Source: an uncultured Chloroflexia bacterium
GTDB taxonomy: Bacteria; Chloroflexota; Limnocylindria; Limnocylindrales; CSP1-4
Assembly: GCA_963800795.1 (NCBI GenBank)
Contig: CAWDCJ010000013.1
Coordinates: 6,916 to 70,915 of the forward strand
Reading direction: 5' to 3'
DNA: 64,000 nt
In this document: positions 30,689-39,752 of the stretch, in pieces
Layout: every line of letters starts with the position of its first letter
Numbering within the stretch: position 1 is the first letter of the stretch
Position numbers and translations under genes: made by a program
The notes under the pieces: model-generated
What the model was told of the DNA's origin: nothing
Seen by the model: the letters and a program-made list of their open reading frames with translations, nothing else
The model's database searches: none

Positions 30689-31705
30689 TTGAGCATTGCG
30701 ATCGACCCCGTCGCTTCCGGGGGGTCGGCGGCCGCGCGCGCCGGTGAGCCACTCGCCGGGGAGACGCGGCTCATGCTTCGCGCAGCCCAGCTCTACTACC
30801 GGCTGAACCTCACCCAGGACCAGGTGGGGGAGCGGCTGGGCGTCAGCCGCTTCAAGGTCGGCCGGCTTCTCGACCGCGCCCTGCGCGAGTCGGCCGTCCG
30901 GATCGAGATCGTCCACCCGGCGGCGCGTTTCGTGGAGCTGGAGGATGCGCTCGCGAACCGGTTCGGGCTGCGCGGCGCCGTGGTCGTGGATGTGCCGGCC
31001 ACGGGTTCCTTGCCGGACGACGAGCTCCTCGCGCGCGAGCGCGTGGCCGAGGCCGGTGCCGCCCACCTCGCGTCGCTGCGGCCCGCTGGAGCCATCGGCG
31101 TCTCGTGGGGTCGCACCATGCTGGAGCTCGCCGCGCACCTGCGGCCCGGCTGGACCGCGGCCACGGAGATCGTCCAGCTCAACGGCGCCACGTCCCGTTC
31201 CACGTACCCGACGCGCGCCCACGAGATCGTGGAGCGGTTCGGGGCGACGAGCGGGGCCGCCCTGCGACTGATGCCTGCACCTGCGATCGTCGGCTCGCCA
31301 GAGCTGCGCGACGCGCTGGAGGATGATCCCTCGGTTGGCGAGACGCTGGCCGCCGCGCGCGAGGCTGGCACGGCGGTCTTCAGCATGGGCCTGATGGGTC
31401 CGGATAGCGTCCACGTGGCCTCGGGCTACCTCGGCGAGGCTGATCTGGCGGCGCTGGCCGATGCCGGCGCCGTGGGGGACGTCCTGGGGAGGTTCCTCTC
31501 CCGTGACGGTCGCATCGCCCTCCCATCGCTGGACCGGCGCACGATCGGGCTGCCGCTGGAGGATCTCCGGGAGAAGGCACTGACCGTCGGCCTGGCGGCC
31601 GGGCCCGGGCGGGGCCCGATCGCCCTGGCGGCCCTGCGGGCGGGGTGCATCACGGTGCTGGTGGCAGACGAGGCGACGGCCGCCTGGGTCCTTGAGCATG
31701 CCTGA
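30689..31705 (+). CDS. SorC/DeoR(Bsu)-family sugar-phosphate-binding transcriptional regulator
   Basis: N-terminal HTH LRAAQLYYRLNLTQDQVGERLGVSRFKVGRLL, then SorC sugar-binding domain (IGVSWGRT, VQLNG, GDVLGRF). Confidence 0.85.
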   Translation: MSIAIDPVASGGSAAARAGEPLAGETRLMLRAAQLYYRLNLTQDQVGERLGVSRFKVGRLLDRALRESAVRIEIVHPAARFVELEDALANRFGLRGAVVVDVPATGSLPDDELLARERVAEAGAAHLASLRPAGAIGVSWGRTMLELAAHLRPGWTAATEIVQLNGATSRSTYPTRAHEIVERFGATSGAALRLMPAPAIVGSPELRDALEDDPSVGETLAAAREAGTAVFSMGLMGPDSVHVASGYLGEADLAALADAGAVGDVLGRFLSRDGRIALPSLDRRTIGLPLEDLREKALTVGLAAGPGRGPIALAALRAGCITVLVADEATAAWVLEHA

Positions 31706-32360
31706 CCAGCGCCCGCGCGTGCAGGTGGATCCCGCGGCCCCGGCTGCCGGACTGTCGCCGGACGCGGTCCGGGAGGTGGTGCGCCGGATCGTTGACGCCA
31801 CCCTCGCCGGCGACGCGACTGCCACGCCCGTCGCCGCGGCCGCGACAAGCGTGGCGCAGGCATCCACCCCGGTCGCCCAGGAGGGCGTTGCGATCGCGAT
31901 CGGCGCCGACCACGGCGGGGCCGCGCTCAAGGACAGGATCGGCCAGGTGCTGGCGGAGTCCGGCTTCGCGGTCCAGGACTGTGGCACGCACGGGAGCACG
32001 CCCGTCGACTACCCTGACTTCGCCCATGCTGTCGCCCGCCTCGTGGCGGACGGGACCTGCCGCTGGGGCATCATCGTGGATGGCGCCGGGATCGGCTCGT
32101 GCATGGTCGCCAACAAGGTCCCGGGCGTCCGCGCCGCCCTCTGCCACGACCTTTCCTCCGCCCGCAACAGCCGCGAGCACAACCATGCCAACGTCCTGAC
32201 GCTGGGTGCCGGGTTCATCGGCGAAGCCCTCGCCATCGAGATCGTCCGGGCCTGGCTGGGGACTGCCTGGGGACCGGGCCGCCACGCAGCACGGGTCGAG
32301 AAGATCATGGACGTCGAGCGCCGTTACATGCGACCAGCCGGTGAGGGCCGAACAGGATGA
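31698..32360 (+). CDS. rpiB: ribose-5-phosphate isomerase B family enzyme with ~65-aa N-terminal extension
   Basis: Core [45 protein letters not shown]. The extension has the amphipathic helix [16 protein letters not shown] plus an Ala/Thr/Pro linker. Confidence 0.85.
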   Translation: MPDQRPRVQVDPAAPAAGLSPDAVREVVRRIVDATLAGDATATPVAAAATSVAQASTPVAQEGVAIAIGADHGGAALKDRIGQVLAESGFAVQDCGTHGSTPVDYPDFAHAVARLVADGTCRWGIIVDGAGIGSCMVANKVPGVRAALCHDLSSARNSREHNHANVLTLGAGFIGEALAIEIVRAWLGTAWGPGRHAARVEKIMDVERRYMRPAGEGRTG

Positions 32361-33254
32361 CCGAGACGAGCAGCCAACGCGACGACCTGGTGGAGGCGAT
32401 CACCCGGCAGGTGCTCGCGGCATTCGCCAACGGGGCGGGTGCAGGTGCCCAGGGCGCCGACGGTGACCCGTGCGCATCGTGCCGAGGGGCCTGCGCGGCC
32501 CAGTGCGCGACCAAGGTCCGCGACGTCGTGGCCGGCGGCGCGACGCGCGTCGATTATCACGGCCGCGCCGCCGACGTCCCCGCCGACCTCGCCCACTACA
32601 TCGACCACACGCTCCTGCGGCCCGACGCCTCCGCCGCGGACATCGACCGGCTCTGCGCGGAGGCGGCGGAGTACCGCTTCGCCGCGGTCTGCATCAACCC
32701 CACCTGGGTTCGCCGTGCGCGCGGACAACCTCCGCGGCACGGACGTCGTGGTGGCCTCGGTGATCGGCTTCCCGTTCGGGGCGGCGACGAGCGAGGTCAA
32801 GGCGCTCGAGGCGCGCCGGGCCATCCGCGACGGGGCCCGCGAGATCGACATGGTCATCAACATCGGGGCCCTCAAGAGCGGGATGCTCGACGCGGTCCGC
32901 GAGGACATCGCCCGGGTCTCGGATGCCTGCCACGAGGCTGGCGCGCTGAACAAGGTGATCATCGAGACGGCGCTCCTCAGCGACGAGGAGAAGGTGATCG
33001 CGTGTCAGCTCGCCAAGCAGGCGAAGGCGGACATGGTGAAGACGTCCACCGGGTACGCCTCGGGCGGGGCCACCGTGTTCGACGTCGCGCTGATGCGCGA
33101 GACGGTCGGGCCGAAGATGGGCGTCAAGGCGGCCGGCGGAATCCGCACCGCCCAGGACGTGCAGGACATGATCGCGGCCGGCGCGACCCGCATCGGGGCC
33201 TCGGCCGGCGTCAAGATCGTCACGGGAGAGAAGGGCGCGCATGGGCAATATTGA
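32357..33254 (+). CDS. deoC: deoxyribose-phosphate aldolase with ~65-aa N-terminal extension (frame break near 32706)
   Basis: [22 protein letters not shown] | [38 protein letters not shown] (Schiff-base Lys), VKAAGGIRT. Extension [15 protein letters not shown] plus [12 protein letters not shown]. Confidence 0.85.
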
Positions 33255-33871
33255 TCTTCGGGCGTACGTCTTCCTGGACAGCCTCCAGGCCCAGTACGCC
33301 GCGTTCCTCGGCACGGTCGCCCAGGGCTTCCTGCCGCTCGCCGGCGACGCCTCGCTCTCCATCGAGGTCTCGCCCGGGATCGAGATCAACCGGCTGACCG
33401 ACATCGCCCTCAAGACCACGTCCGTGAAGCCGGGCATGCAGATCATCGAGCGCTATTACGGCATGCTGGAGATCCACTCGCCGTCGCAGGCGGAGGTGCG
33501 GGCCGCGGGCGCCGCGATCCTCGCCGAGGTCGGGCGTGGCCGAGACGGACCGGATCAAGCCGCGCGTCCTGTCGAGCCAGATCATCCGCCGGATCGACGA
33601 CCACCAGGCCCAGCTCATCAACCGGACCCGGCATGGCCAGATGCTCATCCCTGGCCAGACGCTGTACGTGCTGGAGCTCGAGCCGGCCGCCTACGCCGCG
33701 CTGGCCGCCAACGAGGCGGAGAAGGCGGCCCACATCAACATCCTGGAGGTGCGGGCCTTCGGCTCCATGGGCCGCATCTACCTCGGAGGCGAGGAACGCG
33801 ACATCGACGTCGGCTGGCGCGCCGCGCTGGCCGCGATCGAGGGGCTCGAAGGACGCGAAGCAAAACCATAG
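33241..33871 (+). CDS. BMC-T shell protein, CcmP/CsoS1D-like tandem BMC domains (frame break near 33535)
   Basis: [56 protein letters not shown].. then ..[61 protein letters not shown]. Merges track ORFs 33241..33924 and 33536..33871. Confidence 0.75.
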
Positions 33872-33902
33872 TCGGACAGGGTCGTAGAAGGAGAACGGAT
33901 CG

Positions 33903-34211
33903 ATGGCAGAAGCGCTCGGGATGATCGAGGCGCGCGGGTTCGCGGCGGTGGTCGAAGCCGCCGACGCGATGGTCAAGGCGGCCAAGGTCGAGCTCGTCAG
34001 CTACGAGAAGACGGGCGGCGGGTACGTGACGGCCGTGGTGCGGGGCGACGTCGCAGCGGTCAAGGCGGCGGTCGAAGCCGGCGTCCGGAATGCCGCCAAG
34101 GTCGGTGAGGTCGTCGCCAGCCACGTGATCGCCCGGCCGCACGTCAACGTGGACCTCGTGCTGCCGCTCGGGCGGCTGGACGAGGCGAAGGCGGAGTCGG
34201 GCCAGGGCTAG
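33903..34211 (+). CDS. BMC-H hexameric shell protein (PduA/EutM-like)
   Basis: [58 protein letters not shown] is near-canonical. Confidence 0.95.
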   Translation: MAEALGMIEARGFAAVVEAADAMVKAAKVELVSYEKTGGGYVTAVVRGDVAAVKAAVEAGVRNAAKVGEVVASHVIARPHVNVDLVLPLGRLDEAKAESGQG

Positions 34212-34272
34212 GACGCGGGACGGGCGCGCCGGCTCCAAGCCGGCGCGCCGCTCCCCAGGCAGGTGGTGGAAG

Positions 34273-34560
34273 ATGCTTCTCGGACGCGTGACCGGGACCC
34301 TGGTGGCGAGCCGCAAGGAACCGCTCATGGAGGGCTGGACGCTCCTGGTGGTGCGCCAGCTGGATGCGGAGAACCACGAAGCCGGCGGGTATGTCGTGGC
34401 GGCCGACACGGTCGGGGCGGGCATCGGCGAGGTCGTCCTGTACGCCACCGGGAGCTCTGCCCGCCAGACCGAGACCACCCGGGACCGGCCCTGCGACGCC
34501 GTGATCATGGCGATCGTCGACACGTGGGAGATCGGCGGCCGGGAGGTCTACCGCAAGTAG
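34273..34560 (+). CDS. BMC-P pentameric vertex protein (EutN/CcmL family), copy 1
   Basis: [59 protein letters not shown]. Confidence 0.9.
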   Translation: MLLGRVTGTLVASRKEPLMEGWTLLVVRQLDAENHEAGGYVVAADTVGAGIGEVVLYATGSSARQTETTRDRPCDAVIMAIVDTWEIGGREVYRK

Positions 34561-34572
34561 CGGGGACAGGCC

Positions 34573-36036
34573 ATGAATGAGCTCGACGGACGCGAGATCG
34601 CCGACATCATCGAGCGGGTACGCCGCCGTGTCGCGGCCGCCGGCGGCGAGCGGCCGGGCGCCGGCCTCCGGGCAGAGGCGGAGCTCTCGGCCGCCGCGGC
34701 GGCGGAGCTGGGCGACGGCATCCACGCCACGATCGACCAGGCAGTGGCTGCCGCCGCGGAGGCCTTCCGCGCCTTCGAGGCCCAGGGCCTCGCCGGCCGG
34801 AAGGTGATCATCGACGCCGTGCGCGGGTCGATGCTGGACCACGCCGAGCAGCTGGCCCGCATGGCCCACCAGGAGACGCACCTCGGGCGGGTCGAGGACA
34901 AGGTCGTCAAGAACCGCCTCGTGGCATCCAAGGCTCCCGGGCCGGAGGACCTCGAGGTCCAGGCCGTCACGGGCGATGCCGGGATGATGGTCACCGAGTT
35001 CGCCCCGTTCGGGGTGGTGGCGGCGATCACCCCGGTGACCAACCCGACTTCGACGATCATCAACAACACGATCAGCATCGTTTCGGCCGGCAACGCCGTG
35101 GTCTTCAACGCGCATCCCGGCGCGCGGCGCTGCTCCGCTGAGACGATCCGCCTCATCAACCGGGCGATCGTCGGGGCCGGCGGCCCGCCGAACCTCGTGA
35201 CGGCCGTGGCGACCCCCACGATCGAGACTGCCCGGGCGCTCATGCGCCACCCCGACGTGCGCGTGCTCCTCGTGACCGGGGGTCCCGCTGTCGTGCGAGA
35301 GGCGCTCCGAACGGACAAGCGGGCGATCACCGCCGGGCCCGGGAACCCGCCCGCGGTCGTCGACCAGACCGCCGACATCGAACGGGCCGCGCGGGACATC
35401 GTTCGCGGCGCCTCGTTCGACAACAACCTCGTCTGCATCGACGAGAAGGTCGTCCTCGTCGTGGACTCCGTCGCCGACCGGCTGCTCCGGGCCATGACCC
35501 AGCACGGGGCGTACCTGCTCAAGGAGCACGAGCTGCGCCGGCTGGAGCGCGTCATCTTCACGGAGCTCGGCCAACCCGGCAGGCCGGGCGTGATGAACCC
35601 GGCCTGGATCGGGCGCGACGCGGCGAAGATCCTGGCGGAGATCGGTGTCCAGGCGGAGCCGGCGCCGCGCCTGCTCGTCGCCGACGTCCCGCGCGAGCAC
35701 AGCCTGGCCTGGACCGAGCAGATGATGCCGGTCCTCCCGGTCGTCCGGGTGGGGACGGTGGAGCAGGCGATCGACCTGGCGGTGCGGATGGAGCACGGCT
35801 TCCGCCACACGGCCTCCATCCATTCGACGAACGTCGAGACGATCACCCGGATGGCCCGGGCGATGAACTGCAGCATCTTCGTGACGAACGGGCCAAACGT
35901 CGCCGGCCTCGGCGAGGGGGGCGAGGGATTCACCTCGTTCTCCATCGCCAGCCCGTCCGGCGACGGGCTGACCAGGCCCCGCACCTTCTCGCGCGAACGG
36001 CGGATCACCGTCGTCGGCGCGCTGCGGATCGTCTGA
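34573..36036 (+). CDS. CoA-acylating aldehyde dehydrogenase (EutE/PduP-like) with N-terminal encapsulation-peptide-like helix
   Basis: FGVVAAITPVTNPTST, AGNAVVFNAHP, TAGPGNPPAVVD, FDNNLVCIDEK (catalytic Cys), HTASIHS. N-terminal REIADIIERVRRRV plus a Gly/Ala linker. Confidence 0.9.
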   Translation: MNELDGREIADIIERVRRRVAAAGGERPGAGLRAEAELSAAAAAELGDGIHATIDQAVAAAAEAFRAFEAQGLAGRKVIIDAVRGSMLDHAEQLARMAHQETHLGRVEDKVVKNRLVASKAPGPEDLEVQAVTGDAGMMVTEFAPFGVVAAITPVTNPTSTIINNTISIVSAGNAVVFNAHPGARRCSAETIRLINRAIVGAGGPPNLVTAVATPTIETARALMRHPDVRVLLVTGGPAVVREALRTDKRAITAGPGNPPAVVDQTADIERAARDIVRGASFDNNLVCIDEKVVLVVDSVADRLLRAMTQHGAYLLKEHELRRLERVIFTELGQPGRPGVMNPAWIGRDAAKILAEIGVQAEPAPRLLVADVPREHSLAWTEQMMPVLPVVRVGTVEQAIDLAVRMEHGFRHTASIHSTNVETITRMARAMNCSIFVTNGPNVAGLGEGGEGFTSFSIASPSGDGLTRPRTFSRERRITVVGALRIV

Positions 36037-36635
36037 TGGGAGACGCCCGGCCCGCGATCGAGCCCGCCCTCGCTCTCCTCGAGCTGGGCTCGATCGCCGC
36101 GGGCATCGAGGCCGGCGACGCGATGGCCAAGCGGGCCCCGATCGACGTGATCCGGGCCGGCACGGTCCACCCCGGCAAGTACCTGATCCTCGTTGCCGGC
36201 GCGGTCGCCGACGTGGAGGAGGCCGCTCGAGGCGGGTCGCGAGGTCGGAGCCTCCTGGGTGCTCGACGCCGTCCTCATCCCCAACGTCCGCCAGGACCTC
36301 GTCGCCGCCATCCGCGGCGAGCGCCGCGCCGCCTCGGGTGAGGCGCTCGGCATCATCGAGACCGGCACCGTCGCGGCGATCCTCGAGGCCGCCGACGCAG
36401 GGCTCAAGGGCGCCCGGGTCAGCCTCCTCGAGATCCGGCTCGCCGACGACCTCGGCGGCAAGGGCTACCTCCTGTTCGACGGGACGGTGGCCGACGTGGA
36501 GGCGGCGCGTGGAGATCGGCAGTGACCGGATCGGCGGGTCGCCCGGCCTCGCGTGGCGGGTGATCCCCCTGCTGCACGCGAGATGGCCCGCAACCTGGCC
36601 GCCGACGCCCGCTTCGCCGCGCGGATCCGGGAGTA
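36036..36635 (+). CDS. BMC-T shell protein, PduT-like fused tandem BMC-H domains (2-3 frame breaks)
   Basis: Domain 1 ALALLELGSIAAGIEAGDAMAKRAPIDVIRAGTVHPGKYLILVAGAVADVEEA. Domain 2 ALGIIETGTVAAILEAADAGLKGARVSLLEIRLADDLGGKGYLLFDGTVADVEAA. Own reading ends ..ARFAARIRE* at 36633-36635. Confidence 0.75.
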
Positions 36636-36642
36636 GGCCGCC

Positions 36643-36928
36643 GATGCAGCTGGCGCGCGTGATCGGGACGGTGGTCGCCACCGTGAAGTCGCCGGGCCTC
36701 GAGGGCGTGAAGCTGCTCGTGATCCAGCCGCTGGACCGGGCCTCACAGCCGATCGGGGGCCAGCTCGTGGCCGCGGACGCCATCCACATGGCGGGTCCGG
36801 GCGAGCTGGTCTACTTCGTCGCGGCACGCGAGGCCGCCCAGGCCATGCCCGACCCGTTCGTCCCGGTCGACCACGCCATCGTGGGGATCGTGGACGCGGT
36901 CGCGGCGCTCCGCGGGGCAACGCCGTGA
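36643..36928 (+). CDS. BMC-P pentameric vertex protein, copy 2
   Basis: MQLARVIGTVVATVKSPGLEGVKLLVIQPLD..LVAADAIHMAGPGELVYFVAAREA..HAIVGIVD. ATG 36643 inside track ORF 36338..36928. Confidence 0.85.
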
Positions 36929-37443
36929 AGATCGGCCGCGTCGTGGGGACCGTCGTGTCGACGATCAACGCCCCGGCCTTCGACGGCCGGACGCTCCTTC
37001 TCTGCGATCTCCTGGACCCGGCCGGGACGCCGGCCGGTGGGTACGTCATCGCGGTGGACTCGGTCGGGGCCGGGGCCGGCGAGACGGTCCTGATCCTTGA
37101 CGAGGGCAACTCCGCGCGCCAGGTCCTGGCAGCAGCCGGGGCTCCGATCCGGACGGTCGTGGTCGGCATCGTTGACGCGGTTGTCGAGTCCGCGTCCCCA
37201 GCCGCCTCCCGGGAGGCACAGGCGATCCTCAGCGGCGCGCGCAGCCCCCGGGACGGTGCGCCCGACACAGCGTGCGACCGGGCGACCGGCGCGCCGCGGC
37301 CCGCCCGGCCCGCCCGGCGCCTCGCCGTTGAACGCGACCGGCGAGGTCGGCGCCTCCCGCGTTCCGGGCACCATGGAAGGCGCCCCGACCGCGCTCCGGC
37401 AGCTCCTCGAGGATGCCGCCGCAGGTCGCTTCCCGCCCGCTGA
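36925..37443 (+). CDS. BMC-P pentameric vertex protein, copy 3 (3' end uncertain)
   Basis: GTG start in a GTGA overlap. MKIGRVVGTVVSTINAPAFDGRTLLLCDLLD..YVIAVDSVGAGAGETVLILDEGNSAR..VVVGIVD. Only the first ~90 codons look like the domain. The Arg/Pro-rich tail to 37443 overlaps the next gene and may be a frame artefact. Confidence 0.7.
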   Translation: MKIGRVVGTVVSTINAPAFDGRTLLLCDLLDPAGTPAGGYVIAVDSVGAGAGETVLILDEGNSARQVLAAAGAPIRTVVVGIVDAVVESASPAASREAQAILSGARSPRDGAPDTACDRATGAPRPARPARRLAVERDRRGRRLPRSGHHGRRPDRAPAAPRGCRRRSLPAR

Positions 37444-38044
37444 CGGCCGGACGCAGGTTCTCCCGGCGCCGGACGGTCCCGTCCACGCCGTCCTTTCCTT
37501 CACCGGTCACCACGTCATCGCGGCGGACGTCGACCCTGCCGAGGTGGCAGCCCACCTGGACCCCGACGACATCGCGGCGCCCATGGGCGCTCCCTTCCTG
37601 GCCTGGCTCGGCGAGCGCTTGGGCGCTGTGCCCGGGACGCTGGACGTGGTGCTGGCAGCCCGGGCCGGCGCAGGCGCCCCGCCCTTCCCTGACGAGCTCC
37701 GCGAGATCGCCCCGGACGTGGACCACCCGCGGCTGGCCCGCGCCTGTCGCTACCGCACGGATGTGCGCGCCTGGGAGTCGGGCAACGGCGACGGCCTCGT
37801 GATCGTCGGGCGCGGGCTTGCCGGCCGCTGGGAGGCGGCTTTCGAGGTCTCCGGACCGGCACGTGGCCGGGGCCTGGGCCGCACGTTGGCCGCAGTTACG
37901 ATGCTTGCCGTTCCGCGCGGCGAGCGCGTCTTCCTGCAGGTTGCGCCCGGGAACGCGGCCTCACTGCGGGCCGTGCTCGCGGCAGGCTTTCACCCAATCG
38001 GGGCAGAGGTCCTGTTCCTCAAGGACGGTCGGCCGCCCCGCTGA
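37373..38044 (+). CDS. GNAT-fold (acetyltransferase-like) protein, last gene of the microcompartment operon
   Basis: ARGRGLGRTLAAV resembles the acetyl-CoA-binding R/Q-x-x-G-x-G/A loop; ..ASLRAVLAAGFHPIG.. is a typical C-terminal GNAT strand. Confidence 0.5.
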   Translation: MEGAPTALRQLLEDAAAGRFPPADGRTQVLPAPDGPVHAVLSFTGHHVIAADVDPAEVAAHLDPDDIAAPMGAPFLAWLGERLGAVPGTLDVVLAARAGAGAPPFPDELREIAPDVDHPRLARACRYRTDVRAWESGNGDGLVIVGRGLAGRWEAAFEVSGPARGRGLGRTLAAVTMLAVPRGERVFLQVAPGNAASLRAVLAAGFHPIGAEVLFLKDGRPPR

Positions 38045-38070
38045 GTCGTGCGGGTGCTCCGCCGTGGCCC

Positions 38071-38116
38071 CTGCCGCCGCGGCCCTCTGCCCGCGGCCCT
38101 CTGCCGCCGCGGCCCT
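38071..38116. repeat. short tandem repeat (16/14/16 nt units)
   Basis: CTGCCGCCGCGGCCCT / CTGCCCGCGGCCCT / CTGCCGCCGCGGCCCT just downstream of the GNAT stop. Confidence 0.8.
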
Positions 38117-38417
38117 CCGCACGGAACGCTGCTCGATCCTCTCAATTGCCCGCCAGGCGAACCGTATGCGGTCTCTTGCCGCCGGACCGGGCCGTCCAAG
38201 GGCTGTCCGAACCGCGTTCGGGGTTGGATCTGCCCAACGACCCTTTCATCTCCGCGCTCGCACGAGCACCTGACCGATTTGGATGGGCATCGGACCGACA
38301 TGAGCGAGCTCGGCGGGTGACCGACTACCCATACGGTTTGCGATCCGCGCTTTTGACAGGATCGGAGCGTCGGGACTGATCGGGGCCCCCGGGAGCGGTT
38401 GCGACGGTGCGCTGCGC

Positions 38418-39749
38418 CTACCCGGTGATCCGCTCCAGCACGACGGGCATGGGAGCCGGCGGCTCGTCGCCGATCATGACCGCGGCACGAACCTCGCGCG
38501 CCGCGGCCTCGGCCTGGGCCTCGGAGCGCGCGTGCACGAGGCAGATGGGCCGGTCCGGGCCGACCGCGGCGCCGATCGGCGCGAACCGCGTGAGGCCCAC
38601 CGCGTGGTCGATCTGCTGGTCGGCGCGAACGCGCCCGCCGCCCAAGCCGACGATTGCGAGGCCGATGGCCCGCGTGTCCTCGGCGACGATGAACCCGCTC
38701 CGCTCCGGGCGGACGGGGAGCGTGACCTCGGGCAACGGCAGGTATACGTCCGGGCGCTCGAGCAGATCCGCGGGCCCGCCCAGCGCCGCGACCATCCGGG
38801 CGAAGCGATCGGCCGCCTCCCCGGACGCCAGGGCCAGCTCGCAGGCAGCCCGCGCCGCCGCCGCGTCTGCGAACAGGCCACCGGTCACGAGCAGCTCGGC
38901 GCACAGCGCCATCGTGACCTCGTGCTGGCGGGGTTCGCGAGCGCCTGGGCCGCCTTCGCCGGCCAGGTAGGCGATCGCCTCGCGCGTCTCGACGGCGTTT
39001 CCCGCCGTGTGCCCACGCACCTGGTTCATGTCCGTCAGGAGCGCGGTCGTCCGGCACCCGGCACCGTTGGCAACCGACACGATGCTCTCGGCCAGGGCGC
39101 GCCCGTCCTCGGCCGTGGTCATAAATGCGCCGCTGCCGAATGTCACGTCCTGTACCAGGCCGACAAGGCCAGCGGCCAGCTTCTTCGACAGGATGGACGA
39201 GGTGATGAGCGGGATGCTCTCGACGGTGGCGGTGACGTCCCGGATGGCGTACAGGCGCCGGTCGGCCGGCGCCAGGTCGGCAGTCGCGCCGATGATCGCG
39301 CAGCCGACCTCGCGGACGACCCGGCGGAAGGTGGCATTGTCGGGAACGCTCGTGTAGCCCGCGATCGCGTCCAGCTTGTCCAGGGTGCCGCCGGAGTGGC
39401 CCAGCCCCCGCCCCGAGATCATCGGGACCGCGCCGCCGCAGGCCGCCACGATCGGCGCCAGCATCAGCGATACGGTGTCGCCGACGCCGCCGGTGCTGTG
39501 CTTGTCGAGCGCCGGGCCGGGCAGGTCCGCGCGGGACCAGTCGAGGACCGTGCCGGAATCGCGCATGCCGTGGGTAAGGGCGATCACTTCCCGTCGCGTC
39601 ATCCCCCGGACCAGCACGGCCATCGCGAAGGCCGCCACCTGCCCCTCGCTGATCGAGCAGTCCGTGATGCCGGCCACGAAGAACGCGATCTCCTGGTCCG
39701 TGAGGGCGCGGCCATCGCGTTTCGCTCGGATGACTTCCTGCGGAAGCAT
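38418..39749 (-). CDS. deoA: thymidine/pyrimidine-nucleoside phosphorylase
   Basis: [52 protein letters not shown]. Confidence 0.95.
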   Translation of the reverse strand: MLPQEVIRAKRDGRALTDQEIAFFVAGITDCSISEGQVAAFAMAVLVRGMTRREVIALTHGMRDSGTVLDWSRADLPGPALDKHSTGGVGDTVSLMLAPIVAACGGAVPMISGRGLGHSGGTLDKLDAIAGYTSVPDNATFRRVVREVGCAIIGATADLAPADRRLYAIRDVTATVESIPLITSSILSKKLAAGLVGLVQDVTFGSGAFMTTAEDGRALAESIVSVANGAGCRTTALLTDMNQVRGHTAGNAVETREAIAYLAGEGGPGAREPRQHEVTMALCAELLVTGGLFADAAAARAACELALASGEAADRFARMVAALGGPADLLERPDVYLPLPEVTLPVRPERSGFIVAEDTRAIGLAIVGLGGGRVRADQQIDHAVGLTRFAPIGAAVGPDRPICLVHARSEAQAEAAAREVRAAVMIGDEPPAPMPVVLERITG

Positions 39750-39752
39750 CCG

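Noticed and set aside
34144-36789. 881-aa and 637-aa minus-strand ORFs across the microcompartment operon
   Set aside because: They are antisense to BMC-P, AldDH and BMC-T genes that have unmistakable family motifs. Their products are low-complexity and without motifs.
38071-38116. Short tandem repeats here, and at 55761-55792, 28241-28300 and 8722-8831, as possible CRISPR arrays
   Set aside because: There are only 2-3 units. Units are contiguous or unequally spaced, without unique spacers of CRISPR size, and no cas genes are in the window.
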